From positions 1 to 64,000 of the IMG/VR virus record IMGVR_UViG_3300047160_001842: a stretch of DNA of 64,000 nucleotides. One strand, written 5' to 3'. The notes beneath the pieces were generated by a model. The model was not told the DNA's origin. It searched no databases and saw only the letters and a program-made list of their open reading frames with translations. Position 1 is the first letter of the stretch, and every line of letters starts with the position of its first letter. This stretch comes from a virus (taxonomy: Duplodnaviria; Caudoviricetes). This document shows positions 25,122 to 35,283 of the stretch, piece by piece. A program made the position numbers and the translations under genes.

Positions 25122-25745
25122 ATGGGACTGCAACAAACCGTCCAACGTGCCTACACCGGTGGCTTCGCAGGCCAACTGGTGGCGGATGGCCCGCGCCGCG
25201 CCAAGCCTGCGCGCATCAGCTCCGCTACCATCGGTGCGGATGCGAACCACTCCACCAACCACATGAGCCGTGCATTCGGCTGGAGTGGTGAGATTCCGTC
25301 CGGCGCTGCCGGTCAGGCTCCGGTGGGGGTGGGCTACGTCGCAACCGTCGCAGTCGGCACCGGCCCCTTCTTCGGCATCCTCGGCCAGCCCACCAGCTAC
25401 GCCCTCCAAGGCTCGGCAGGCAACTCGCTCGCTCCGACGATGGACCTGGCCATCGGCACCGTGGGCGAATTCTTCGACATGGCCACCGGCCTGATGGTCG
25501 AACTCTTCAACGACACGACCGCTGCGAAGGCTTCGGCTTTCGGCGATCAGGTCGCCTACTGCTCGGCTGCAGGCGATGCGAACGGCGTGCCGCTGGGCGG
25601 TCTGATCGGCGTGGCGGCAGGCGCTGCTGCTCCGGCAGGCTACACGCTCATCCCGAACGCGCGCATCATGCGTCCGCTGTCGGTCCCTGCATCTGCGGCT
25701 GGTGCGGCTGTGTTCGCGCTGACCGTCATTCAACTCACCGAATAA
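25122..25745 (+). CDS. Head decoration/cement protein
   Basis: MGLQQTV...GFAGQLVADGPRRAKP; between scaffold and capsid. Confidence 0.8.
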   Translation: MGLQQTVQRAYTGGFAGQLVADGPRRAKPARISSATIGADANHSTNHMSRAFGWSGEIPSGAAGQAPVGVGYVATVAVGTGPFFGILGQPTSYALQGSAGNSLAPTMDLAIGTVGEFFDMATGLMVELFNDTTAAKASAFGDQVAYCSAAGDANGVPLGGLIGVAAGAAAPAGYTLIPNARIMRPLSVPASAAGAAVFALTVIQLTE

Positions 25746-25761
25746 GAGGAGCGGTTAGATC

Positions 25762-26922
25762 ATGCTGCAACTTTCTCGCACCCGCTCCAGCCTCAGTGGC
25801 CGCAAAATCGCACGCGGTCCTCTGGCGATGGACGCGAAGGACATCACCGCCGCAGCGGTGAACGAACTCGCCAGCAAGTTCGGTATCGTCTTCGATCACT
25901 CGATCGTTGCCGACCAAATCCGACTGCTCGGCGCCACCAACGGAGACAACAGCGGTCGCGCGATGGACGCGGTTGCGTTCGTGGCTCCGGTCACGACCGG
26001 CTCCATCCCCACGCCGGTGCAGTTCCTCCAGCAGTGGCTCCCTGGCTTCATCAAGGTGATGACGTCCGCTCGCAAGATCGACGACATCATTGGCGTGAAG
26101 ACCGTGGGCGGCTGGGAAGACGAGGAAATCGTCCAGGGCATCGTGGAACCTGCCGCGACGGCCACCGAGTATGGGGACATGACCAACATCCCGCTCGCCA
26201 ACTGGAACACCAACTTCATCAAGCGGACCATCGTTCGCGGTGAGCTGGGCATGCAAGTCGGCCTGCTGGAAGAAGGTCGCAGCGCAGCGATGCGCCTGTC
26301 GAGTGCCGAAACGAAGCGCCAAGGCGCGGCTGTCGGCCTCGAAATCTTCCGCAACGCCATCGGCTTCTATGGCTGGAACGCTGGCAACAACCAGACCTAC
26401 GGTTTCCTGAACGACCCCAACCTGCCGGCGTACATCGCCAGCTCGGTGGCGGGCGGCTGGAACTCGGCTGCTGGTACGTTCCAAGGCATCACCGGCGACC
26501 TCCGGATGATGATCGTTCAGCTGCGCACGCAGTCGCAAGACCAGATCGACCCCGAAAAGGTCGAGATGACCCTGGCGCTGCCGACCGACCGCGTGGACTA
26601 CCTGTCGGTAACGACCGACTATGGTGTGAGCGTCCGCGACTGGCTCACGCAAACCTACCCGAAGGTGCGCGTGGTGTCTGCTCCGGAACTCATCAACGCC
26701 AACGCTGGCGCGCACGTTGCCTACCTCTTTGCAGAGGAGATCGACAGTGCCGTGGACGGCAGCACGGACGGCGGCGAAACCTTCGCCCAGCTGATCCAGA
26801 CGAAGTTCACCACCCTGGGTGTTGAGAAGCGCGCCAAGTCGTATGTCGAGGACTACTCGAATGCGTCTGCAGGCGCACTTTGCAAGCGTCCTTGGGCAGT
26901 TGTCCGCGTCACGGGCATCTGA
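25762..26922 (+). CDS. Major capsid protein (DUF2184-type)
   Basis: [39 protein letters not shown]; strong codon bias; followed by terminator. Confidence 0.92.
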   Translation: MLQLSRTRSSLSGRKIARGPLAMDAKDITAAAVNELASKFGIVFDHSIVADQIRLLGATNGDNSGRAMDAVAFVAPVTTGSIPTPVQFLQQWLPGFIKVMTSARKIDDIIGVKTVGGWEDEEIVQGIVEPAATATEYGDMTNIPLANWNTNFIKRTIVRGELGMQVGLLEEGRSAAMRLSSAETKRQGAAVGLEIFRNAIGFYGWNAGNNQTYGFLNDPNLPAYIASSVAGGWNSAAGTFQGITGDLRMMIVQLRTQSQDQIDPEKVEMTLALPTDRVDYLSVTTDYGVSVRDWLTQTYPKVRVVSAPELINANAGAHVAYLFAEEIDSAVDGSTDGGETFAQLIQTKFTTLGVEKRAKSYVEDYSNASAGALCKRPWAVVRVTGI

Positions 26923-26945
26923 GCTTCGGCCGCTCTAGAGTGTGG

Positions 26946-26973
26946 ACGGGAGGCCAGGTGCGCCTCCCGTTTT
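26946..26973 (+). terminator. Intrinsic terminator after capsid gene
   Basis: ACGGGAGGC/GCCTCCCGT stem followed by T run. Confidence 0.85.
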
Positions 26974-26980
26974 CACAGGG

Positions 26981-27004
26981 AGACACTTGGACATAGGGTA
27001 ACAT
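26981..27004 (+). promoter_or_regulatory. AGACAC-N12-TAACAT late-type promoter
   Basis: Variant of GGACAC-N12 motif directly after terminator. Confidence 0.5.
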
Positions 27005-27087
27005 TCCTCTTGTACGCGCGAATATCCGCATGTATCGAGGGCGAAGGCTTCAGGGGCCAACGCCACGTAAACCACAAGGACTGAACC

Positions 27088-27549
27088 ATGACCAAGTATG
27101 TTCTCTCAACGATGACCAATTCGGTGTCGTATCGCAACTATCGGTTTGTCGGCGACCGCAACGCCACGCAGAATCAGGCGCTGTTGCCGATCCCCACGGA
27201 CACCGTGGTGATTCGCGGCGGCGCAAACCGCCCCAGCCAAAAGGGCGGATTCGGTGAACAGGCAAACGATCTGAACGGCAATGTGCTGTGGACGCCGCGC
27301 GGCGTGATCACCGTGCTCACCGATGAAGAGTATGACCGCGTCAAGGACCACTGGCTGTTCCAAAAGCATATGGCAGGCGGATATCTGGAGGTTGTGAACG
27401 AGGATGTTCACGGCAACCACAAGAAGGTCGCCAAGATCGCCGCCGCGATGGAAGGGCAAGACCCCGGCGCACAGTTGACCAAGGATACGCTCGCACAGCG
27501 CATCAAGGTCAAGACCCCCGACAAAGAAATCAGCGTTGAAGGCTACTAA
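27088..27549 (+). CDS. Virion-region hypothetical protein
   Basis: AAGGA RBS; position. Confidence 0.75.
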   Translation: MTKYVLSTMTNSVSYRNYRFVGDRNATQNQALLPIPTDTVVIRGGANRPSQKGGFGEQANDLNGNVLWTPRGVITVLTDEEYDRVKDHWLFQKHMAGGYLEVVNEDVHGNHKKVAKIAAAMEGQDPGAQLTKDTLAQRIKVKTPDKEISVEGY

Positions 27550-27551
27550 GA

Positions 27552-28004
27552 ATGCCTGCTTACAACGACGCAAACTTCAGGCTGCTCTTTCCGGCCTTCG
27601 CCGATGCGACGAAGTGGCCGGAGCCGTTGTTGTCCGGGTACTGGGACATGGGTACGGAGTTCATCAGCGTGAATGACTGCCCGTGTCGCATCCTTTCTGG
27701 CGCGTCCTTGCAGATGGCGCTGGACTTGATGTGTGCGCAAATCGCGACGCTAATGAACCCGAATGCCGCAGATGCAGGCGGCGCGGCAACTGGCAGCGGC
27801 ATCGTTACCAACGCCTCGGTCGGTGCAGTGTCCGTTGGCGTGATGGCGCCGCCGGTGAAAGATATGTGGGAGTACTGGCTGGGTCAGACCCCATATGGAC
27901 AACAGTTGCTTGCACTTCTGAAGATGAAGGGCGTGGGCGGCTTCTACGTTGGCGGTCTGCCGGAGCGTTCGGCTTTCCGTAAGGTCGGTGGAGTGTTCTA
28001 CTGA
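27552..28004 (+). CDS. Head-tail adaptor (DUF4054-like)
   Basis: FRLLFPAFAD...WLGQTPYGQQLLALL. Confidence 0.8.
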   Translation: MPAYNDANFRLLFPAFADATKWPEPLLSGYWDMGTEFISVNDCPCRILSGASLQMALDLMCAQIATLMNPNAADAGGAATGSGIVTNASVGAVSVGVMAPPVKDMWEYWLGQTPYGQQLLALLKMKGVGGFYVGGLPERSAFRKVGGVFY

Positions 28005-28387
28005 TGCTCATTCCAGGCGCAAACCTGCTGAATCTCGCGCATCGCCTCATCTCGTGGCAGAAGGTCAAATACTTCGTCACGACTGGGCGGACTCTCAACG
28101 CGGCAAAGCAGTGGGTTGCGACCTATGACGCTGGTAAGGACATCAGCTGCTCCATCCAGGCCATCAATCGCAGCACATACGTCGCGATGGGCCTGGACTT
28201 CAATGTCCTCGCAGTAAACATCTTTGCGCCTCTCAACTTGATCGACCTCCAGCGCGACTCCAGCGGCGATCAATTCGAGTACAACGGCGACCGCTACAAG
28301 ATGGCAAACGGACAGAATTGGTTTGAGCAAGACGGGTGGGCGACTTGTATGGCGGTCAGGATCGGCCCTGTGGTTGCTGCGCCATGA
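28004..28387 (+). CDS. Head closure protein
   Basis: Position; GDQFEYNGDRY. Confidence 0.7.
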   Translation: MLIPGANLLNLAHRLISWQKVKYFVTTGRTLNAAKQWVATYDAGKDISCSIQAINRSTYVAMGLDFNVLAVNIFAPLNLIDLQRDSSGDQFEYNGDRYKMANGQNWFEQDGWATCMAVRIGPVVAAP

Positions 28388-28953
28388 AGGACAACGACCT
28401 GATCGCCCTCTTTTCGTCTCAGCTTGAGGCCGCGCTTGCCATGGCCGGGTGGAGCTACACCGTCATCCAGAGCCAACAACCGACGCAACAGGGCATGCCC
28501 AGCGCGCCATTCGTCTTCTTTGAGAAGCTGTTTGATCATGAGTATGGCTGGCCGATGTCGTCTGGCTATACGCTCAATTCCGTTGCACCTCCTGGGATGG
28601 CTTTGCCGGACTTCCAACAGGCAGAAAAGCAGTGGGTGGAATCGACGTTCCAAGTGTCCGCAATGGTCATCCAAGACCCTGTTGACTTGTCGATTCCGAC
28701 GCCATCGGATGTGTGTCACTATCTGAAGCAATACCTCAACGCGCGGCAAACGATCTATGCATTCAGCCGCGCGGGCGCTCCGATTCTCCGCATCACCGAC
28801 ATCCGCAATCCGAAGTTCACCGATGACCGGATGTTGATTGAAGCGAACCCGAATTTTGACGTTGTGCTTCAACACCTCCGCATCATGGACTTTTCTGTTC
28901 CAGGGTCGGACATTGTCGTTGGTGACGTCTACGGCATATCGGAAGGGGTCTAA
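28384..28953 (+). CDS. Neck/tail-completion protein
   Basis: Position; ATGA coupling. Confidence 0.7.
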   Translation: MKDNDLIALFSSQLEAALAMAGWSYTVIQSQQPTQQGMPSAPFVFFEKLFDHEYGWPMSSGYTLNSVAPPGMALPDFQQAEKQWVESTFQVSAMVIQDPVDLSIPTPSDVCHYLKQYLNARQTIYAFSRAGAPILRITDIRNPKFTDDRMLIEANPNFDVVLQHLRIMDFSVPGSDIVVGDVYGISEGV

Positions 28954-28954
28954 T

Positions 28955-29461
28955 ATGGCGGCAAAACCATGGGGCCACTCGGAGATCATCAAAGAGCAGG
29001 TCAAGAAGCTAAAGGCCATGAAAGGCTACAGCGTATCTGCTGGTTGGTTCGAAACCGCACGCTATCAAGCCGCGAAAGGCGTGCCGCAGCAGATGGTTGG
29101 TGTTCCAATTGCCACCATTGCGAAGATCAACGAGTACGGAGCCTCGATCCAGCGCGGCAAGACGAAGGTGATCATTCCGGCCCGCCCGTTCATGCGTCTG
29201 GCTGCGCAGAGCGTCAAAAAGAAGGGGCCTGACGTCACCCGTAAGCTCGCCAGGAAGATTGTGGACGGCAAGATCGACATCAAGCAAGCCCTCGCACAGC
29301 TCGGCATGTTTATGGAAGGTGAGATTGTGAACAGCATCAAGAATGGTGGCTGGGTGCGTAACGCGCCGTCAACCATCAAGAAAAAGGGTTTCGACAAGCC
29401 TCTGATCGACACCGCCCAGATGTGGCAGAGCGTCTCATCGAAAGTTTCCGAACCAAAGTAA
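28955..29461 (+). CDS. Neck protein (HK97 gp10-like)
   Basis: INEYG...IPARPFMR...NAPSTIKKKGFDKPLIDT. Confidence 0.78.
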   Translation: MAAKPWGHSEIIKEQVKKLKAMKGYSVSAGWFETARYQAAKGVPQQMVGVPIATIAKINEYGASIQRGKTKVIIPARPFMRLAAQSVKKKGPDVTRKLARKIVDGKIDIKQALAQLGMFMEGEIVNSIKNGGWVRNAPSTIKKKGFDKPLIDTAQMWQSVSSKVSEPK

Positions 29462-29476
29462 ACCAGGAGTATCCAA

Positions 29477-30997
29477 GTGATCAGCCAAAGTCGTTATATC
29501 AAGATCATTTCTGGTGTTGGTGCCGGGGCAGTCGTCGCGCAGCGGCAACTGATCATGCGCGTCATCACCCAGAACGCAACCCTGCCGCCCGGTCTGGTTG
29601 CGGAATTCGCCAATGCAGAAGCAGTCGGCGCGTACTTCGGCACCTCTTCGGAGGAGTACAAGCGCGCGGTCGCATACTTCTCGTTCATCAGCAAGTCGAT
29701 CACCTCGCCACCGCGCATCTCGTTCTCGCGCTGGGTGAGCGCAGCGATTGCGCCGATGATCGTTGGCGACTCCATCGAAAAGCAGTTGTCCACCTTCACG
29801 CCTATCACGGCTGGCACTCTGCGCCTCCTCAGCGGCTCTACGACTGTGGACCTCGGACCTCTGGACTTCAGCGGTGCCGTTGACCTCGCAGCCGTCGCGG
29901 CTGTCGTCCAAACCGCTGCGCAAGCGTCCGGGAACGCCCAGCTGGCCACAGCTACGGTGACGTTCAACACGAACACCAACCAGTTTGTCCTGACCGGCTC
30001 CACGCCGGGGGCGGGCACCCTCCACGCGGTCGTCTCCGGCCTGCCTACGGATGTGTCCGACGAGCTTGGCTGGACCACGGGCGGCACGGTCAACGTACCG
30101 GGCCAAGGCGCTGATACGCCGGCAGATGCTGTGGGCAAGTCCACGGACATCAGCAACAACTTCGGCTCGTTTGTCTACGCAACGCCGTCCACGCCGCTGA
30201 CCAACAGCCAGATCGTTGATATTGCCGCGTGGACCGACCTGCAGAACAACTTGTTCATGTATTCGCTCGCGACTCCGCTGGCGAATCTGCAGACGCTCTA
30301 TGCGCTCATCAAGGGCTACAGCGGCGTGGGCATCAACATCCTGTCCGCCACGCAGGCCAACGACTTCATCGAGCAGTCGCCTTGCGAAATCCTCGCGGCC
30401 ACGGACTACGATGCGCCGAACGCTTCGCAGAACTACATGTTCTATCAGTTCCCGAAGCGGAACACCACCGTGAGCGACGACAACACGGCAGACACCGTGG
30501 ACGCATCGCGCGGCAACTACATCGGCGTCACGCAGTCCGCTGGCCAGCAAATCGCGTTCTACCAACGCGGAGTGCTCTGCGGCGGTTCCCAAGCCGCTGT
30601 GGACATGAACACGTTCGCGAACGAGATGTGGCTGAAGTCGGCCTTCACCACGGCCTTCTTCCGTCTGTTCCTGAACGTGCCTGAAGTGCCTGCCGATCCG
30701 GTCGGCGAAGCAATGCTGCTCGGCGTCATGAACCCGGTCATCACGCAAGCGAAGCTGAACGGAGTCATCTCCGCCGGCAAGACAATCGACGCGGTGCAGC
30801 AGCAGTACATCAGCCAAATCTCGGGCGACCCCCAAGCATGGCGGCAAGTCCAGACTCTGGGCTACTGGTTGAACATCTCGTTCTCCAGCCGCACAAACCC
30901 GGATAACGGCCTGACGGAGTGGGTGGCCAAGTATCAGTTCATCTACTCGAAGTCTGACGCGATCCGCGCCGTCATTGGCTCGGATGTGATGATCTAA
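29477..30997 (+). CDS. Contractile tail sheath (DUF3383-type)
   Basis: 506 aa; VGAYFGTSSEEYKRA, NGVISAGK, GYWLNI, IYSKSDAIR. Confidence 0.92.
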   Translation: MISQSRYIKIISGVGAGAVVAQRQLIMRVITQNATLPPGLVAEFANAEAVGAYFGTSSEEYKRAVAYFSFISKSITSPPRISFSRWVSAAIAPMIVGDSIEKQLSTFTPITAGTLRLLSGSTTVDLGPLDFSGAVDLAAVAAVVQTAAQASGNAQLATATVTFNTNTNQFVLTGSTPGAGTLHAVVSGLPTDVSDELGWTTGGTVNVPGQGADTPADAVGKSTDISNNFGSFVYATPSTPLTNSQIVDIAAWTDLQNNLFMYSLATPLANLQTLYALIKGYSGVGINILSATQANDFIEQSPCEILAATDYDAPNASQNYMFYQFPKRNTTVSDDNTADTVDASRGNYIGVTQSAGQQIAFYQRGVLCGGSQAAVDMNTFANEMWLKSAFTTAFFRLFLNVPEVPADPVGEAMLLGVMNPVITQAKLNGVISAGKTIDAVQQQYISQISGDPQAWRQVQTLGYWLNISFSSRTNPDNGLTEWVAKYQFIYSKSDAIRAVIGSDVMI

Positions 30998-31019
30998 GCA
31001 CAGGAAAGAGAGAAGCAAA

Positions 31020-31487
31020 ATGGAAGAAATCAGCGTATTTGGCCTGACGGCAAATATCGTCGCGTCCAACACCTTCCCCAACGGGTTTGTGGTGACGGCG
31101 TTTGCCGATGACGGCGACCCTCTCGACAGCTCTGATCTGGAAGTCGCCGACACGGCCATGGGTCCGAACGGCGACGGCCTGACCTGGAGTCGCCCGATGA
31201 TGGTGGACTGCGCGGTCAACGTCATCCCGCAATCGCAGGACGACTTGAACCTGCAAGCCCTCGTGGACGCAAACCGCGTGGCCAAGGGGAAGTCCTCGGC
31301 GCGCGACATCATCGGCATCGTGTGGCGCTATCCCAACGGCACCACCGTTACGTTGTCCAGCGGCAAGCTGGTCAGCGGCCCGGTTGTTCCCTCGGGTACG
31401 TCCGCTGGCCGGATGAAGTCGAAGCGTTACATGTTCCGCTTTGAGCAAGTCTCGCGACAAACCTCCTCCGCAGTCGTGGCTGGTTGA
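31020..31487 (+). CDS. Tail tube protein
   Basis: Follows sheath; FPNGFVVTAFADDGDPLD. Confidence 0.85.
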   Translation: MEEISVFGLTANIVASNTFPNGFVVTAFADDGDPLDSSDLEVADTAMGPNGDGLTWSRPMMVDCAVNVIPQSQDDLNLQALVDANRVAKGKSSARDIIGIVWRYPNGTTVTLSSGKLVSGPVVPSGTSAGRMKSKRYMFRFEQVSRQTSSAVVAG

Positions 31488-31810
31488 TGCTGCTTATCCC
31501 GCTGGTACAGGTTCCGAATCAGACGTTGTCGTTTAATGCCGACAACGTCCTTTGGACCGTGCATGTATATCAGGCCGCGAAATTTGTTTGCGCTGATATC
31601 TCTATCAACGGGACGGCAGTGTTCAATGGCGTTCGATGCTTCGCCGGGACCAAGCTCTTGCAGTACGGGTACATGACGGCCCCGAGCCTCGGCAACTTCC
31701 TCTTTGACGAGGATGCCGACTGGACAAACTTTGGAGCATCCTGCAATCTGTACTACCTGAGCCCCGGCGAGATGTCGCAATTCGAAGCCGCAATGAGGAA
31801 TTGGCATTAA
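31484..31810 (+). CDS. Baseplate-associated protein
   Basis: IPLVQVPNQTLSF...FGASCNLYY. Confidence 0.7.
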   Translation: MMLLIPLVQVPNQTLSFNADNVLWTVHVYQAAKFVCADISINGTAVFNGVRCFAGTKLLQYGYMTAPSLGNFLFDEDADWTNFGASCNLYYLSPGEMSQFEAAMRNWH

Positions 31811-32172
31811 TGGCCACGTTGACGATCCAAGCTGACGAGAACAACGACATTGCGCTGGAAGACGGTCGCAACATCTCGTTCATCAGCGGCTCGGATGCGT
31901 GCGCCCAGAACCTCCTCGAAAAGTCGCTCATGCGGCTGGGTGAGAACGCCTACGACACAACGGATGGCGTTGACTACTTCGGCACCATCTTTGCGCCGCA
32001 ACCCAACTTCGATGACGCGCGACAGTCCATCATCAAGAACCTTCTTGAGTGTCCCGACGTCATCAGCATCCGGTCGCTGACGATCAACGTCACCGGAGAT
32101 GTTTTCACATACGTCGCGCAGATCAATACGATCTACGGACCAGTCAATGTCAACAACTCAGTGAGTGCCTAA
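31810..32172 (+). CDS. gp25-like baseplate wedge/sheath initiator
   Basis: LMRLGENAYDTTDGVDY motif. Confidence 0.7.
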   Translation: MATLTIQADENNDIALEDGRNISFISGSDACAQNLLEKSLMRLGENAYDTTDGVDYFGTIFAPQPNFDDARQSIIKNLLECPDVISIRSLTINVTGDVFTYVAQINTIYGPVNVNNSVSA

Positions 32173-32174
32173 TC

Positions 32175-32399
32175 ATGCCGCTGCACGCTACCCAAATCGG
32201 ACCCGGAACCGTTCTGTTCACGGCAAAGAAGTCTCCGCCGCCTCCGTCCACGGTCGTTACCACGACTCCTCCTGCGCCGCCGCGAGGGCAACTGCCCGCT
32301 GCAGTCGTTCAGTTCGCCACACAGACGCTCGCGGCTGAACCGGTCGCTGCTGGCGAACCGCCGCCGCCTGTGGTCCAGAACGCCATCGTATTGGGCTAA
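32175..32399 (+). CDS. Pro-rich hypothetical protein
   Basis: Fills gap in operon. Confidence 0.5.
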   Translation: MPLHATQIGPGTVLFTAKKSPPPPSTVVTTTPPAPPRGQLPAAVVQFATQTLAAEPVAAGEPPPPVVQNAIVLG

Positions 32400-32405
32400 G
32401 TCGCG

Positions 32406-32906
32406 ATGATCGATATCAGCACTGCGGGAAGTGGGATAACCATTTTCTCGCTCAATAGCTTCCCGGTTGGGTTCCAACTGCGCTCGTTCGCGGACGATCA
32501 AGAAGCGCTCGATATCGAGGACACCGAAGTGGCCGGTTACGAACGCCTCTATGATGGAAACATCTTTGCGTTCGATAAGACCTCTCCAATTCTGCTGTCG
32601 GTCGGCGTCATCCCGAACACATCAGACGACATCAACCTGAAGATCATTCTTCAGAAGCGCAAAAGCAACAACACGCAACTCGCGCTTCTGGATACGGTCA
32701 CGATGGTCATCGGCTACGCTGACGGTGGCCGCGTGGTGTTGTCTGAGGGAACGATCCTTGGCGGCTCAATTGCGGACAGCCTCACTTCGAACGGCCGCAA
32801 GAAGTCCAACCGCTACCACTTTGCATTCGGTTCGTTTGACGGATTCCAGAGCTTCAAGCAGTTTGCTGCGAATGTGGTGGAGACGGGCCTGAGCCTGTTG
32901 CTGTAA
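32406..32906 (+). CDS. Tail-tube paralog
   Basis: FP.GF...FADD...LD and G..KS.RY.F.F shared with 31020. Confidence 0.75.
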   Translation: MIDISTAGSGITIFSLNSFPVGFQLRSFADDQEALDIEDTEVAGYERLYDGNIFAFDKTSPILLSVGVIPNTSDDINLKIILQKRKSNNTQLALLDTVTMVIGYADGGRVVLSEGTILGGSIADSLTSNGRKKSNRYHFAFGSFDGFQSFKQFAANVVETGLSLLL

Positions 32907-33448
32907 TGGCAGATAGCATTCTCTCAAGCGTTCTCTCTAAGCAGTCTTTCTCTCTCAAGAGCGACAAGACCGGACAGGACGCAGCTGAGAATCTGAAGGT
33001 GATCGCCGTCAACTTCCACTATCGCGCTCGCCCCATGCGGCATATGCGCGAAGACGGCACCAGCATCGTTGACTCGAAAGTCGTTGATCCGGCCCTCGTT
33101 GAGATCGACGCGATCTGCCCGACACTAGACTCCATCAACAAGATCAACACCGCGCTGATGGACCGGACGAGCACCTACACGGTCACGTCCAAGGGCATCC
33201 AACTTCGCGATGTGTCCAACGAGCACTTCGAGTTGCGGCAGACTCCGGATATGCTGTCTGCCAGCCCGATTCGCATCACGCTCAAGCAGCTGCTGCGCCA
33301 AGGCGGAGTCGCAAGCGGAGTGGTTGTTGAGCAGCCGGCAGACTCCTCGATGTTCTCGCGCGGAATTCAGTCGGTGGCCGCTGTGACGACTCCGGTGGAC
33401 AATGCGTTCTCACGGGTGATCGGAACCTCTTTGCCGCCATTGCAGTAA
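32906..33448 (+). CDS. Tail/baseplate structural protein
   Basis: Position; coupled. Confidence 0.7.
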   Translation: MADSILSSVLSKQSFSLKSDKTGQDAAENLKVIAVNFHYRARPMRHMREDGTSIVDSKVVDPALVEIDAICPTLDSINKINTALMDRTSTYTVTSKGIQLRDVSNEHFELRQTPDMLSASPIRITLKQLLRQGGVASGVVVEQPADSSMFSRGIQSVAAVTTPVDNAFSRVIGTSLPPLQ

Positions 33449-34096
33449 ATGTCCAATACGATCCTCACGGCCAACTTCAGCCGCCCTCAGTTTATCGCCA
33501 CCAACGAGGTGACGAATGCCGAGATTTGGCGCGGCTTGGCCGTGGTCAGCGCTGAGATCGATCCTTCTGCCGCAGTGACGGAGATGCCGATTGCGGTTGA
33601 CGGCCCGAAGGATTCGAACACAACGGTCCAGATTCAAGAGGCCGATCTGCGTGCAACAAAGATCATCCAGCCGGTGCGGCTGAAGGTCCAAGCGGTCATC
33701 AGCGACCTCTCGGTCATCGAGAGCATCATTTCACTGTTGAATGGCGACACCACAACGCTCTCGGTCAACACCAAGTCAATTATTACGCGCAACCTGCTTC
33801 TGACTGACGTAGGAATCCAGCAAAGCGGTGAGATGACTTCTGCCGCGCGTGTGTCGATGATGTTCGAACAGGCCCAACCGCCAGCAGGCGAGGGCTATAA
33901 TCCCGAACAGCCGGCAGACGCCTCGGTGTACGGAATCGGGTTCCAAGACCTCAGAAACGTTAGCGCACTAGGATCGCTCATGAAGTCGGTTACTGCCGCT
34001 CTTTCTCGCCCAGTTGAAGTGGTCTTTGGACCTCTTATCAACATGCACGGCGGGCCGGTTGCTCTTGACCACCCAACCCAGGGGCAAATCGCATGA
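33449..34096 (+). CDS. Tail/baseplate structural protein
   Basis: Shares QP.D.S...G end motif with 32906. Confidence 0.7.
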   Translation: MSNTILTANFSRPQFIATNEVTNAEIWRGLAVVSAEIDPSAAVTEMPIAVDGPKDSNTTVQIQEADLRATKIIQPVRLKVQAVISDLSVIESIISLLNGDTTTLSVNTKSIITRNLLLTDVGIQQSGEMTSAARVSMMFEQAQPPAGEGYNPEQPADASVYGIGFQDLRNVSALGSLMKSVTAALSRPVEVVFGPLINMHGGPVALDHPTQGQIA

Positions 34097-34953
34097 GCGT
34101 GCATGTGTACGTCCCCGGCGAGATTCTCACCGCCGCAAACCTCAATGCCTCTTTCGACAGCAAGGCGGACGGCACCAACACGAGCATCGACGGCGGTGTA
34201 ATTCAGAACATCGACAAGATATCGATTGTCGGCGCTTATCCCTCTACCACGCCGACCACCGGCGCTTTGACGGTTGTTGGCGGAGTCGGCATCCAAGGGG
34301 ATACTCACACCGCCGGTCTGATCGTCAGTCAGAACAACACCCCCTCTACGTCCAAGACTACGGGTGCCTTGGTTATCCTTGGCGGGGCTGGAATTTCCGG
34401 CGACGTATACCTAGGGTCCAACCTCTCCGTCGCTGGCCAGCTGAACACATCCGGTCCAGCCGGATTCGCCGATTCCACGGCCTCGACTACTCCGGGGACA
34501 GGCGCGGTCGTCGTTACGGGCGGCGTCGGTGTCGGAGGAGCGCTCAACGTGGGCGGCGCGGTCAAGTCTGGTGGGGTTATCACAACCACCAACGCAACTG
34601 CGTCTACGACACCAGCAAACGGCGCTCTCGTGGTTTCTGGTGGGGCGGGTATCGGCGGCGACATCAATGCTGGCGGAAACATCGGCGTCGGCGGAACGAT
34701 TGATGTGACCGGAGTTGCGACGTTCCACGCGGCAGTCAACCTTCCCGGCGCTCCGGGTGGAGTGAACGAAGCCGCGAACAAGGGATATGTCGATTTGGTC
34801 GCAGGCTCCGTCGCATCCGCAGCGGTGCAGAAGGCTGGCGATACCATGACCGGCCCCCTCGTCCTGTCCGGCGACCCTACTGCCGCACTCGGCGCGGCTA
34901 CTCGGCAGTACGCAGATGCAACCGCAATCACTTACGCAATCGCACTGGGATAA
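34093..34953 (+). CDS. Fibre shaft protein
   Basis: Four ST...GA.V..GG.G..G repeats; KAGDTMTGPL and AATRQYAD. Confidence 0.85.
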   Translation: MSVHVYVPGEILTAANLNASFDSKADGTNTSIDGGVIQNIDKISIVGAYPSTTPTTGALTVVGGVGIQGDTHTAGLIVSQNNTPSTSKTTGALVILGGAGISGDVYLGSNLSVAGQLNTSGPAGFADSTASTTPGTGAVVVTGGVGVGGALNVGGAVKSGGVITTTNATASTTPANGALVVSGGAGIGGDINAGGNIGVGGTIDVTGVATFHAAVNLPGAPGGVNEAANKGYVDLVAGSVASAAVQKAGDTMTGPLVLSGDPTAALGAATRQYADATAITYAIALG

Positions 34954-34956
34954 CCA

Positions 34957-35283
34957 ATGGCCTCAGTCCTCAAATCAGCTTTCATCCCGGGCGTCGGAAG
35001 TGGCGCGCCAACGGTCTGTCTAACGGCGGGTGCCGCAACCACCATCACCATCATCGGTCTGATGATGGCGAACGTATCGGCAAACCCGATCAAGGGAACG
35101 GCCCAAGTGAAGCGCGGCGCGACCGTCGCGAACATCATCGCCGGTGGCCCCATCCCGAACGCGAACACGATGTGCCCTGTCGGCGAGAACGGGAAGATTG
35201 TGTTGATGCCGAATGATATTCTCCAGTGCATCACCGACACTGGCACGATGGACGTTGTCGTCTCCTACCTGGAGCAGACATGA
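34957..35283 (+). CDS. Fibre-module structural protein
   Basis: GKIVLMPNDIL...DVVVSYLE motif typical of fibre-associated proteins. Confidence 0.75.
   Translation: MASVLKSAFIPGVGSGAPTVCLTAGAATTITIIGLMMANVSANPIKGTAQVKRGATVANIIAGGPIPNANTMCPVGENGKIVLMPNDILQCITDTGTMDVVVSYLEQT

Noticed and set aside
18595-31318. Long antisense ORFs (18595-20163, 25735-26715, 29435-31318; also 44494-45609, 51549-52640, 56356-57378)
   Set aside because: Shadows of strongly codon-biased GC-rich genes on the opposite strand; no motifs or RBS.
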